Shown piece after piece: positions 1-12,639 of a stretch of DNA of 64,000 nt. The translations under genes were made by a program, and so were the position numbers. Under the pieces are notes generated by a model. It worked only from the letters and a program-made list of their open reading frames with translations, had not been told where the DNA came from and searched no databases. Source of the DNA: the human T2T-CHM13v2.0 reference genome, Homo sapiens; NCBI RefSeq assembly GCF_009914755.1, contig NC_060925.1, one strand, 5' to 3'. Every line of letters begins with the position of its first letter. Position 1 is the stretch's first letter.

Positions 1-135
1 TTAATTGGCCCATGAGTTGGGTACCATTACTGCCCTCCACCTTACAAACAGTGAACCTGAAGCAGAAAGAGTTTAACCTCAAGGTCACCCTGGTGGACAT
101 CTTGGATTTTGAATATAGGCTTTATGGTTCCATCT
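1..135 (-). mobile_element. MIR fragment
   Basis: Degenerate MIR core (ccattactgcc...ttacaaacagtgaacctgaagcagaaagagtttaa...caaggtcacc). Confidence 0.55.
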
Positions 136-221
136 TGTATGCTTTGAAGCATCCCACTGCCCCTCTCACAGGATAAGGCAGGAATCACCCCCTTTGGTGT
201 TGTGAGGACACTCAGGCCAGC

Positions 222-440
222 CTGTGTTGCTATAGATAAATACCTGAGGCTTCATGATTTATAAAGAAAATAGGTTTATTTTGTTCTTCAGGCTGTACAT
301 GAAGCTTGGCACCAGTCTCTGCTTCTTCTGAGGACCTCAGGAAGTTGTAGCAGAAAAGGCAGGGAAGCTGGTGGGCCACATGATGAAGAAGGGAGCAAGA
401 GAGAGGGGGATGGTCCCAGGCTATTTTGAACAATCAGCTG
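222..440 (-). mobile_element. MaLR LTR fragment (MST/MLT1A-like)
   Basis: tgttgctatagataaatacctgagg...tttataaagaaaataggtttatt matches the MST/MLT1A end. Confidence 0.7.
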
Positions 441-1146
441 TACATTTTGGGGTGAACTGACTACACAGAAATTTATAGATGATCTTTCTTACTGTGAGAG
501 TGGTTATGCACAAGGACTCTGTTCCTAGCTGAGCCATCACAGTACTTGCAGAGAGGCCAAACACTGGTACTCAAGGTTGTGTCTTTTTTAATGTCACACA
601 GTCTCTCGTGTGGGTGAGGACTTAGTTGCCAAAGAGAGAAAAATTTTGTTGAGTCTCTGATTGGCAACTTTACCAATAAGGACACTTGAAAGCATGTTTT
701 TTAACCCTGTGGTTGAAATGGCCTAGACACACCATGTTTGCCTCTGTCCAGGGATGTGGTCTGTTGAGCAGGTTTCATGTTCTGCTTCACTGCCTTCCAG
801 TTCTCTATCACCAGCCCATTAGCTTTTGTCAGCTGGAGGATCCACACGGATGCCCACACACTGGGCTTCCCAGATGAGCTGCCTTCAAAGGCTGCTGCTG
901 CTGCCTTTAGAAATGTATGAGTCCCTTCTGTCATCCTTCCCAAGATGGTGCATGGCAAGGCCCGTGGTTGTTGTGAAAGAAATATGTAGAATGAATGGTT
1001 GGCAAGGCAGCATTCCTTACTCTCTCACCACTTCCAATAAATCACATTCACATGACAGTTTCCACAATGAGAAATGGGAAATCATAGTTTCTCCAGCTTG
1101 CTTTTCTGTCTTAAGGAATGTTAGAGAGACGCTACTTGCAAAATGA

Positions 1147-1438
1147 AGTCGTCTCTTGGTGTCTACAGGGAATTCGTTCCAGGAGGAGGCTCAAGTCCCT
1201 TATGTAAAATGACATGGCATTTACATATAACCTACTCACATCCTTTTGTATACTTTAAATCATCTCTATATGACATAATACCAATACAATGTAAATGCTA
1301 TGTAAATACTTGTTATATTGCATTTTTAATTTGTATTATTTTTTATTGTTATTAAAAAAAATTTTTTTTTTCTAATGTTTTTGACCTATGGTTGTTTGAA
1401 TCCATGGCTGCAGAAACTGAGGATACCGAGGGCTGAGT
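1147..1438 (+). mobile_element. MER2 (TcMar-Tigger MITE)
   Basis: ctcaagtcccttatgtaaaatg...tatactttaaatcatctcta...tacaatgtaaatgctatgtaaata...ggataccgagggctga. Confidence 0.85.
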
Positions 1439-2026
1439 ATACTTAGGGTTACCTTAGGAAAATGTGCCTGGGGCACTTTCAACATAAGTGTTTATGATTT
1501 TGGAGGATTTACTTTTACCAGGCAAACTTAAACTGATCCATATCCCAGAGCCAATCAGAAGTTAAAGGAGGCCCAGAGAAAATCATAAGAAGAAAATCAT
1601 AAGAAAAATGTGGGCCCCTTCCTGCCACATAACTCTTCTGCATACTTCTTCTAGGGCCACCGTCAGTGGTGGCTGCCCCCAGAGGTGGGATCCCACCTGT
1701 GGCAGGGTCTTAAATCCCCTGAATCTGACTGCAGCCCCGTCCTGGGTTGCTTCATGGCCTTTGCCATCTTCCTTTCAAGACCTCATCTCACAGCTGGCAT
1801 CAAAGAAAAGGTTTCCTTGCTTTTTTGGCCTTGCAAATGCTTCTCTCCCTGATATAGACACCCCTTCACTTTTCCTCACTGTTTCTAGGTTCTTTAGTCA
1901 TCCCAAAGGGCAAGCCTGCTATGTGTTCAGGTGTAGCTTTGCCAGGGAGGTGCCTTTAGTTTAAGGGTCAAAGGCATAAAGGTCTACAGTAGGAGTTAAT
2001 CTGGCTTGGATGCTGGGCAAAATTTC

Positions 2027-2144
2027 TTTTTTTTTTCTTTACTTTTTTTTTTTTTTTTTAAGTTCCAGGCTACATGTGTAGGATGTTCAGGTTTGTTACC
2101 TAGGTAAACGTGTGCTATGGTGGTTTGCTGCACCTATCAACCCA
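2027..2144 (-). mobile_element. Extremely 5'-truncated L1PA 3' end with poly(A) and 11-bp TSD
   Basis: Poly(T) followed by the L1PA terminal ~85 nt; GGCAAAATTTC at 2016-2026 and 2145-2155. Confidence 0.85.
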
Positions 2145-2991
2145 GGCAAAATTTCATAGAGGGGCAATTTCTGGGTTTTCTAAAGCTGGCCAACTCTCCA
2201 TGAATAGTTAAAGCTGGTTTAGGGTTCCAGACTCGTTCTTCCCAAGGGCCTCTCCGTGGTGCATGGGTTCCTAGAACTCTGTGATGTTCAACACTAAGTT
2301 CATACTTCAGGCTAAAAACATTTTCTATTAACCATTATTGCATCATAAAAACATAACAGCCATGGGCTAAAAGAGTGTTGAACAGGTCTGTGTAACCTGG
2401 TGACACTAAGATGAGACTGAGACTTTTAAAAATATTTAATAAAAAAAGACTGAAAAATAATTGGTCTAAACAAGGTGAAGCCAATCTGAACCCAGAGTGG
2501 GGCCTCTAAGGCTGTTTCTGGTTTGGGGGTATGTTCCAAGGCTTGGTTATTGCATGATTGTTTTGTTGGAACCACAAAGCCATTCCAGAGCCCCTGGGTG
2601 TAGGTTCAAGTTTCTTGGAGGGAATGATTTTATGCTATTAATCATTCTGGAAAGAGATCACTCTTGTGCCGGAAAATGACTCTAGAGGCTGGTCTGAGAC
2701 TAAAGGACAGGAAAAATGTCCTTTTTCTACGGCAGATAGAGTCACTGCTACAAAGGACTCATCATGGATATACCAGCATGCTTTCTAGCAATGAAAGAGT
2801 GGGCTGCTTCTCAGCATTATGAAGAGAAAGTAGAACAAAGAGACAGTCCAGGGGGAACTCTGAGATTGAGAGTCTTTGTCGCAAGTACAGACTTGTCTTT
2901 GTATCATGAACTTCCCTTCCATCAATTTTTGTTAGAGATTAAATCCAGGTCTCAGGCAGCTGCAGTAGATGAAAGAGAAAATCTTAGTCTT

Positions 2992-3152
2992 GTGATTTGC
3001 TGCTAACCTGGCTCTCCCAATCTCCAGCACTTGCCAATTTCTGTGGTGTAAATACTCCCACTACAGCCTATTTCAAGCTACCAATGGTTTAACATCTGGC
3101 TTCAGAATTCCTCATTACTTAACAATGTGTCCTTGTGAGCCAGCACATGCTG
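2992..3152 (-). mobile_element. MER63A (hAT-Blackjack)
   Basis: ttgccaatttctgtggtgtaaatactcccactacagcctatttcaagctacc is the reverse complement of the MER63 core. Confidence 0.75.
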
Positions 3153-3293
3153 AGGAAACCACCTCCTCCTGACTCCCCCATCCAGGCCAGAATGGACACA
3201 GCAGGGGTGTAGGTAGGGGACAGCTGTGTCCAGAGGGGCAGCCCCTCATGAAGTTCATTACCAGAGGAGGTAGCAGAATTGGTCTGGGGTTAG

Positions 3294-4388
3294 TATCAGG
3301 GGAACCTGCCCCAATAATTTAACGTTATTTCACGCAGGTTCTTTTCTATTTCCCTAAGAGTTGGCCGGTCTGAGAAATAAAGGGAAAGAGTACAAAAGGC
3401 AGAAATTTTAAAGTTGGGTATCTGGGGGAGACATCACATGTCAGCAGGTTCCATGATGCCCCCCAAGCCGCAAAAACAGCAAGTTTTTATTAGTGATTTT
3501 CAAAGGGAGGGAGTGTCCGAATAGGGTGTGGGTCACAGAGATCACATGCTTCACAAGGTAATAAAATATTACAAGGCAAATTGAGGCAGGGCAAGATCGC
3601 AGGACCGGGGCAAAATTAAAAATACTAATGAAGTTTCATGTCCCACTGGGCATGCATTGTCATTGATAACATCTTATCAGGAGACAGGGTTTGAGAGCAG
3701 ACAACTGGTCTGACCAAAATTTATTAGGCGGGAATTTCCTTGTCCTAATAAGCCTGGGAGCGCTACGGGAGACCAGGGCTTATTTCTTCCCTTATCTGCA
3801 ACTGTAAAAGACAGACATTCCCAGAGTGGCCATTTCAGAGGCCTATCCCTAGGAACGCATTCTCTTTCTCAGGGCTGTTCCTTGCTGAGAAAAAGAATTC
3901 AGCGATATTTCTCCTATTTGCTTTTGAAAGAAGAGAACTATGGCTCTGTTCTGCCTGGCTCTCAGGCAGCCAGACTTAATGGTTATCTCCCTTGTTCCCT
4001 GAACATCACTGTTATCCTGTTCTTTTTTCAAGGTGCCCAGATTTCATATTGTTTAAACACACATGCTTTATGAAAAATTTGTGCAGTTAACGCCATCATC
4101 ACAGGGTCCTGAGGCAACATACATCCTCAGCTTACGAAGATGATGGGATTAAGAGATTAAAGTAAAGACAGGCATAGGAAATCACAAGAGTATTGATTGG
4201 GGGAAGTGACAAATGTCCATGAAATCTTCACAGTTTATGTTCAGAGATTGCAATAAAGACAGGCGTAAGAAATTACAAAAGTATTAATTTGGAGAACTAA
4301 TAAATGTCCATGAAATCTTCACAATTTATGTTCTTCTGCCATGGCTTCAGCTGGTCCTTCCATTCAGGGTCCCTGTCTTCCCACAACA
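3294..4388 (-). mobile_element. MER11 solo LTR (HERVK11/HML-8, ERVK)
   Basis: Minus strand starts TGTTGTGGGAAGACAGGGACCC and ends GGTTCCCCTGATA; 1095 bp; perfect 6-bp TSD GGTTAG at 3288-3293 and 4389-4394. Confidence 0.92.
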
Positions 4389-4466
4389 GGTTAGGAAGCT
4401 GGAACAGGACACGGTTTGGGCAGCAAAGCTGTTGTGTGCTGATAACCTTGAAATCTGGGCCATATT

Positions 4467-4700
4467 CAGTGTTGAGCTAGAGTTGGCCCATACATATTCC
4501 TGAGTGCTGATTGGTAAGTATCTTCAGGAATTCTGCCAACTTATGCATGTCACATGAATCACTTGAAATAAACCATGGTGGAGGTACTTACTGATACTGG
4601 GAAATGGTCAAAAGCTAGACATACAAGGCCTTTTATTTTTTTGGAAATAGTTTTTTGTTGTTGTTTTTTTCCTATCAGGCTAGTTTTGGTTGCTGGAAAA
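4467..4700 (+). mobile_element. Degenerate MER63A-like element
   Basis: cttcaggaattctgc...cttgaaataaaccatggtggaggtacttac...gaaatggtcaaaagcta is colinear with MER63A. Confidence 0.55.
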
Positions 4701-7700
4701 GGTGACTTCACAGGTATCAGAGTGAGATAAATACAAGACAAACACAAAGAATCTCTCACACTTCCATTAACTCATTTAATCCCTGCAACAATCTTGTCAG
4801 ATACCCAGAATGAGTATTAACTTCCCCATTTTATCATACAAATTACCAAGGAACAGTGAAGGGGGAAAAAAGAGGAAAGAATACAGAAACTATTTGTAAA
4901 GATTACTATTTGTAAAGAATACAGAGACTATTATAAAGAAGGGTCAGTGATGAGTTCAAGTGATAGGAGGGAAACAGTTCCCACAGAGCTGGTGACACGC
5001 AATGAGAATGAGAGTGGTCTGAGACATGAAGGGATGGAATGGGAAATGACTTACTGGGAACTATGTCAGCCTGAAAGCTCTGAAAGAAATTCTACAGCCT
5101 TGTTTGTGAAGCCCCATGGAATAGAAAGGTAGATTCATGCATTGGAGCTCTGCATTTCCAATATGTCATACAAAATTGTGGAAATATACATGGTGCACAG
5201 CCTGGATGAATCAGGTGGTTGCCCAACGAGCTTAAAAAGTGAGCCAAGTCTCCCAGCAGTCTCCTTCCACCTTTTTTCACTTAAAGAGGGCTCTGTCTTG
5301 ATTTCCTGGGAGCAGACCTTGTGTTCTCTGTGGTCTGCCCTGTCCACAGGAGACCAGAGGACAGCTTGAGGGAGAAGGGGAGGTGGGGATCTGCTTGCTT
5401 CATGACCGGGACTGCGACCAGGCTGTCAGTCCACCGATTTTTGCAAATCGTTCTAAAGCTTCATTACTACAGAACCCAATTCTCTGGAATTGTAGGATAA
5501 TTCAGCCAGATTTACAGAGGTTTGCCTTTTTAACCATGTGACTCTACAGATGTAAGCAAGATTGTGATGGGAACATTTTACTTGAGAACATATTTTAAAG
5601 AACATCAGTGACTCATATTCCCGTCAAAACAAGAGCGTGCTAACAACACCTTCATGAAAACAGGCTCAGCAACCTAGATAACTCGAAAGCTCCTGTTATT
5701 GTAAATACATGGAAGTAATAAAATGTCCATTAAAATTGGTCTGCAATTCAAATTCCCACAACTCCTAGCTGGTTCTTATCTTTTCAGACTCAGTTCAATT
5801 TAATAATTAGATATTGGAAACAAAAGAGCTATCCCCCCCAACACACACACACAAGAGCTAACAAACAAATGATACTTATTTGACTCCTTTCCCTCAAGTG
5901 ACGATGAACACGTCTTAAAACCTCTTCTCGTCTTTGATGTGGAATTACTGTTTTTCCCCAAGCATCTTTAATTCTTCATTTGTAAAATAGAAAAAACAAT
6001 TTATGATTGCTCAGAAAACAATTATAATTTTTAAAAACTTGTACAGCGTATCTGGAAGAGTATTTTAATCTATGAAAGTACTGACTCGTTATAGATAATG
6101 TCTGAGAAAACAAACACTTTTCTCCTTTTGAGGGAGAGTGTCTCACGATAAATAATCATGTTCCTGGCTAGGGTTTGATCTCATGTGAGCTCCTAAGGGA
6201 ACTGAGAGAAAAGAGAATTTAATCTTTATTCATGATCCTCTTTATTTCTCTGAGAGAAAAAAAAAAAGTAAGATGAACTGAAATGGTTCCAGTCTTTTGG
6301 AAATGTTCCAATGAAATGAGTTAAGATAGCAACAATTATTTTGAGCACAGAGGTTTTTTGCTTAAAAGTTCTATAATTTTCACCTGGAGGGGAACAGGGG
6401 GGTCAAACATCTATTGAAGCAATTTGTGATAATGTTTGTTCACAGAAGTTCAGAATTAGAGCAGTAGTGGGTAAACGGCCTCCCAGCATTAGAGACAAGA
6501 GGGATGACAGGCTGACTGGTCTGACAGACCCTCTCCAGGATTCATCTCATGCCCCATTCCTCATATATGAGAGTCCACATCAGTGACGAAGCTGCCATAA
6601 TGAATGAATTGTCTACCACAGAATTTCTGGTCTCACAATCACTGGCATCACCAAAAACCTGGGAAGGGGCCAGACTCATTTCATTTCAGTTGGTAACATA
6701 GATAGAGCAGCCCTTATTTCTCCAGACACCAATACCATTATTATAAAATATTTCCTAAGGGCGCAAGGACTTCCTGCCACTTTGCTAAATTATTTTCCAG
6801 CAGAGTTCCTTAAGATTTCTGTGTTCTGGCTATACTCTATTTTATGGGAGTTCACATTCTACCAGAGTTTCTTGTCTTCTCCTAGAGAGTATTTCTCTCA
6901 CAAAGATGCTCACAGACTTGTTTTCTGATTTCAGTAGGAAAGCTGGAACATAGTGCTAGGATTGATAATGAGAACTGCTTGGCTTTGTTTGAGATGCACC
7001 CCTTCCTCCAGCACCCTCAGCACACTTGCTAACTAAATCAGTATCTGGTCTCATAGTGGCTTTCCTGACATCTCAGTAGAACAGCTGTTCTTCTTTCTGG
7101 GATCTTCCGCGTGATTCTGGAAAAGTGAAATCTGGGCACTTTGGCAGATCCGTCCCACTTCTCAGGTCTGATGGCCCAGTCTTGGGCTGTGAATGATGAG
7201 GACTCCACTAAGTTTCTCTTGTGTGTGTCCAGTCACTAGCTTATTTTAAACATTGCTTGGTCATCACATTTACCCAGTGGGAGAGGAGGAGAAGGGGAGC
7301 CATGAACACCTGAGCTGAGCTGAAGTGCTTCCTGCTCCCAGGGGAAAGACCTTTCACTCCTGACACGACTGCTCCACTCCTCAGACTGTCAATAGTGCCT
7401 TAAAATACCTGTAGATTCAATGGGATTCAGATAAGAAGTGACAGTTGTTTCATTGAAGTAAATAAATTGTCTTTTCATCTCTTTCGTTGAAGGTAAGAAT
7501 TAAAGGCAATTTGAAAAGGGATTTAGATTGAAAACAAGAAATCAATAAAGAAAAATCAACAAAACTAGAAGCTGGCTTTTGGAAAACATCCAATAAAATT
7601 GATAAAGTTTTAGTCAGGTAAGAAAAAAGTGAGAAGACACAAATTACTGATATCAGAAATGAAAGAGGCAGTAGCTACTGATTCCATGGACATGAAAAGG

Positions 7701-8430
7701 ATAATAAAGGAATATTATTAAGGAAATCTATGTCCAATTTTAATTTAGATGAAGTGGGCTAATTACTTGAAAGACTTGAAAGGCAGAATCTACCAAAACG
7801 CACACAAGGATAAATAGATAATCTGAAGAGGGCCATATCTATTGAAGAAATTAAATCAATGATCAATTATATTTCAAAACAGAAAACACCAGGCCTGGAT
7901 GGGTTCACTAACAAATTCCACGTTTAAGGAAAAATTAAAACCAACTCTCCATATTCTCTTCCTGAAAATAGAAGCAGAGGAAAACTTTAACTTATTCTAT
8001 GAGGCCAGGCTTACCCTAATACCAAAACCAAATAAAAACATTACAAGAAAGAGAAACTAAAGACCAATATATCTCATGAAAATAGATTCAAAATCCTCAA
8101 CAAAATATTAGCAAATCAAATCCAATAATTTGTTTTTCAAAATTATACATCATAACCAGTAGGATTTATTGCAGAAATACAAGGCTGGATCAATATTTGA
8201 ATAGCAATTAATGTTATCAATCACATCAACAGATTAAAGAAGAAAAATTATATGATCATATTAATAGATACAGAAAAAGCATTAGACAACATCAACACCC
8301 ATTCATGATTTTAAAAACTTCCCAGTAAACTAACAGTAGGGGAAAACTTCCTCAATTTGATAAAGAATATCTGCAAAAAAATACCCTATAGCTAACATCA
8401 TATTTAACGGTGAAAAACTCCAAGCTTTCA

Positions 8431-8730
8431 TCTGGGTGCAGTGGCTCATGCCTGTAATCCCAGCACTTTGGGAGGCTGAGGAGGGTGGATCACGAGGTCA
8501 GGAGTTCAAGACAAGCCTGCCTAAGATGATGAAACCCTGTTTCTACTAAAAATACAAAAATTAGCTGGGCGCAGTGGCAGGCACCTGTAATCCCAGCTAC
8601 TCGGGAGGCTGAGGTGGGAGAATCTCTTGAACCCAGAGGCAGAGGTTGCAGTGAGCCGAGATGGTGCCACTGCACTCCAGCCTGGGTGACAAAGTGAGAC
8701 TCTGTCTCAAAACAAAAACAAAACAAAACA
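8431..8730 (+). mobile_element. AluS (Sg-like)
   Basis: Dimeric Alu with ggatcacgaggtcagg; TSD aaaactccaa(g/a)ctttc on both sides. Confidence 0.92.
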
Positions 8731-10955
8731 AAACTCCAAACTTTCCCTCTAAGATGGAAAACAAGGCAAGAATGTGCCCTCTCATCATCCCTTTTTAACA
8801 TTGTACTGGAAGTACTAGCTAATGCAATAAGACAAGAAAAGGAAAAGGTATACTGATTGGGCAGGAGCAAATAAAACTATCTTTGTTTGCAGATGACATA
8901 TTATGTAAAAAAAAAAAAAAAAACCCTCAAAAATCAACCAGAAGTCTCCTAGAACTAATAAGAGATTATAGAAAAATTTAAGCATATGACATTATTACAC
9001 AAAGGACAGTTCTTTCTTATATACCAACAATGAACAACTGGAGTTTAAAATTAAAAATGTAATGCCACTTACATCAGCAATAAGAAATTAAACATTTAAG
9101 TATAAATCTAACAAAATAGGTACTAGACCTATATGTGAAAAACTATAAATCTCTGATGAATGAAATCAAAGAAGAGCTAAATAAATGGAGAGCTATTCCA
9201 TGTACACAGAAAAGAAGACTCAATATTGCCAAAATGTCACTTTTTCCCAACTTGATCTATAGATTTAATGCAATCCCAATCAAAATCTCAGAAAATTCGT
9301 TTGTGGATATGAATAAAATGATTTTGAAGTTTATATGGAAAGGCAAAAGATTCAGAATAGACAACACAATATTGGAGGAGACAATCAAAGTTGGAAGACT
9401 GACATTACTAAATTTCCAGGCTTACTGTAAAGCTGTGATCATCAAGACCATACATGTTAGCAAAAGAATGCACAGACAGATCAATGGAGCCCGATAGTGA
9501 GCCCAGAAATAGGCCCATGCAAAAATATCTAACTTATCTTTGACAGAGGAGCATAGGAAATTCAATGGAAAAAATTAGTCATTTCAACAAATGGTGCTGG
9601 AATAATTGGACTTTCACATGCAAAACCAAAAAAAAAAAATCATCAAGACACAGACCTTATACCTTTCACAAAAATTAACTGAAATAAATGTAAAATCCAA
9701 ACCCAAAAATCTCCTAGAAGATAAAATAGGAGAAAATAGGTGTCCTTGGGTTTGGCAACAACTTCTTAGAACACCAAAGACAAAATCCATGAAAGAAACA
9801 GTAAGTTGGAAATTATTAAAATTTAAAACTTCTGCACTGTGAAAGACATTGTTAAGAATATGAAAAGACACACGATAGACTGAGAGAGAATATTTGCAAA
9901 ACACATATCTGATAAAGGACATCTCTCTAAAATATGCAAAGGACTTTTAACACTCAACAATAAGGAAAGAAACAATCCAATTTAAAAAACAGGTAAAATA
10001 TCTGAACAGTCACCTCACCAAAGAAGATATATAGATGGCAAATAAGTATATGAAAAGATATTCAACATCTTATGTCATTACTGAATTACAAATTAAAACA
10101 ACAATAAAAGAATACTACACACTTACCAGAAAAGGTACTCAACATGTTATTTCATTACTGAATTGCAAATTAAAACAAGAATAAAATAATACTACACACT
10201 TACCAGAATGGCCAAAATCCAAAACACTGACAACGTCAAATGCTGATGAAGATGTGAAACAATAGGAATTCTCTATTCTTTGCTGGTAGGAAAGTAAAGG
10301 CCGCTTTGGAAGAGAGTTTGGACATATCTTACAAAACTAAACATACCCTTACCATATGATCCAGCAATCATGCTCTTTGGTATTTACCCAAATTAGCTGA
10401 AAACTTATGTCCACACAAAATCATGCACATAAATGTTTATAGCAGCTTTATTCATAATTACCAAAATGTGAAAGTAACCAAGATGTTCTTCAGTATGTGG
10501 ATGTATAAATAAAGTGATACATCCAGACAATAGAGTACACATGATTTTGTGCTAAAAAAGAAATGAATTATCAAGCCATGAAAAGACACGGAGACATCTA
10601 AAATGCAAAATGCTAAGTAAAAGAAGCCCATCTGAAAAGGCTTGTATGATTCCAACTATACAACATTCTGGAAAAAGCAAAAGTAGGGAGGTAATAAAAA
10701 GATTAGCGGTTGCTAGGGTTGAAGTAGGGGGAGAAAGGGATGAATATGTAGAGCACAGAGGATTTCAGGGCAGTGAAATTATTCTGTATGATATTATATA
10801 ATGGTGGATACATGTCATTATATATTTGTCAAAATCCATAAACTATACAACACAGTGAACCCTAATGTAAACTATGAACTTTAGTTAAGTAATATTAATG
10901 TATTAATATTGGTTCATTCCTGGGAGACAGAGGTTGCAGTGAGCCAACATCGCAC

Positions 10956-11088
10956 ACATATGTGTGTGTATATATATGTGTGTGTGTGTGTGTATATATA
11001 TGTGTATATATATGTATGTGTATGTGTATATATACACATATTTTTGCATTGCATGGGCATATATATATATATATATATATATATACAT
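10956..11088. repeat. Compound (TG)n/(TA)n microsatellite
   Basis: Seen directly. Confidence 0.95.
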
Positions 11089-12291
11089 GTTTATTAATTG
11101 TAACAAATGTTCTACACCCATGCAAGATATTAATAATAGGGGGAAATTACAGGGTGGGCAGAGGCAGCGTATGAGAACTCTGTACTTTCCACTGAATTTT
11201 TCTGGAAACCTAAAACTGCTAAAAAAAAAAAAGTAGTTTTTGAAGATTTTGTACTTATTCACATATATGAATTACACATATCCTAGAATCCTTGAATGCT
11301 TAATTTTCTTTCTTTTTCAATGTTTTCTGCAGACACAGGCACAATCCTTCTCACTGAAACCGTGTTGCAGCTGCCAGTTTTTACAGATTCTAATGGCCTT
11401 TCCAAAAAAATGAGTAGAGTAAGCCAGCAGAAATTCCTGTGATTTGTCATGGAGTAATCCCTGTGTACCTGCCACCACATGTGTTTTCTGATCATCACTG
11501 CAAATTCTGCTTCCCAGGTGTCCAAGAAAAGGATTTCATTTCTGGGATGATGCTTCTGAACCTGCTCATTTAGCTAAGGTAAGAAGTATGAATGTTATCA
11601 TTCCTTCTGCTAACAGGGACTTATGCATTTAGTCCAGGGAGTATGATTAGAGCATGCTAATAGACAATCCTGTCCTTGTTCAAGTTCATTTCTTCATTCC
11701 CAAAAAAGTGATGAATTTTCACCTTACTGTTTACATGTTTGTGTGGTCTTTTTAACTATCTGCAGGCAGTTTTCAACCCTTATTAATAAACTTAACTAAC
11801 TTCCTTTTTTCCTCTGCCAAAGAAGATCCTTTACTAAAGATCATTCCTAAAATGATTTGATCTTGCAGCTTTGCTAATGAAGACTTGAGATTCTTTTTAT
11901 GAAGTCTCTTTCAAGAAATGAGACTCAGTTTTTTTTGTCTTTTTGTTATTGCCCTTGCCTTCCCTTCCCTTAGAACTGAAGATAATAGATTGAGAATCTT
12001 CTTCGTCACCATAGAGATGTGCATTTGGAGGAATTTGATATCTAAAATGTTGAAGTGAGGTTCATTAGCGACACTTAGGAAGTACACATTCTGTGCAAAA
12101 GCTGTACTATTCACCCACTAATACAAATAGAAATATCAAGAAAAATCTTGTTCTTCTAAATATTATAATGAAAAGATAATGAATAGTAGGGAAAACATGG
12201 GGAAAAATCAAATGTTTACAAAGGATCAAATAAAAATAACTTGTAAATTACAGCTATTTGATTCTTTCTCCAAAATTCTACCATACATATT

Positions 12292-12329
12292 TCTTCAGTC
12301 TAACGCTCTCCCAACTGAGCTATTTCGAC
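12292..12329 (-). pseudogene. Tailless retropseudogene of the tRNA-Phe(GAA) 5' half
   Basis: Minus strand GTCGAAATAGCTCAGTTGGGAGAGCGTTAGACTGAAGA equals nt 1-38 of cytosolic tRNA-Phe with 1 mismatch; 15-bp TSD ACCATACATATTTCT at 12280-12294 and 12337-12351. Confidence 0.93.
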
Positions 12330-12639
12330 AAAGACAACCATACATATTTCTATTCTGATTTTGAGGCTTAAAGTATGCTATTTTATTTTTTAATTATTTC
12401 ATATGCAAAAGACATGAGCAGTACAGTTCTTCAATGAGAACCTTGTCCAGGCTTCCAGAGTATTCCCTGAAGCACCTAGTAGGATGCTAAGCACATATAG
12501 ACAAATTCTTGATTGACTAACACAATCTATTGAGTTTTAAAGCCAAATGGTGATTATCTTATTTAAAGAGGATTACAGCTCTGGAAAGGAAGCCTATCTC
12601 CCATTAAGAGCATTGGTAGGTAGTACAAGATGTTTCTCT

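Larger units (their letters stand above)
7525..11232 (+). mobile_element. Old LINE-1 (L1MC1/2-like): decayed ORF2 3' part and 3'UTR, interrupted by an Alu and a microsatellite
   Basis: ORF2-like peptide at 9135-9497 (IKEELNKWRAIPC...[13 protein letters not shown]); L1MC-type 3'UTR; A tail at 11221. Confidence 0.88.

Noticed and set aside
701-1146. ORFs with poly-Ala/poly-Leu from a short (GCT)n run
   Set aside because: No homology or exon structure; consistent with chance ORFs
1577-1607. Short tandem duplications (also ~4880-4935, 24417-24477, 59886-59912, and (AGAAC)n at ~52283-52305)
   Set aside because: Ordinary slippage products with no further structure
4162-4332. Direct repeat resembling a spaced array
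   Set aside because: Internal duplication within the MER11 LTR; not CRISPR-like
10895-11262. Several overlapping YI/CV/HT-rich ORFs
   Set aside because: Translations of a dinucleotide microsatellite
12292-12329. Functional tRNA-Phe gene
   Set aside because: The 3' half, including the B box and acceptor-stem partner, is missing
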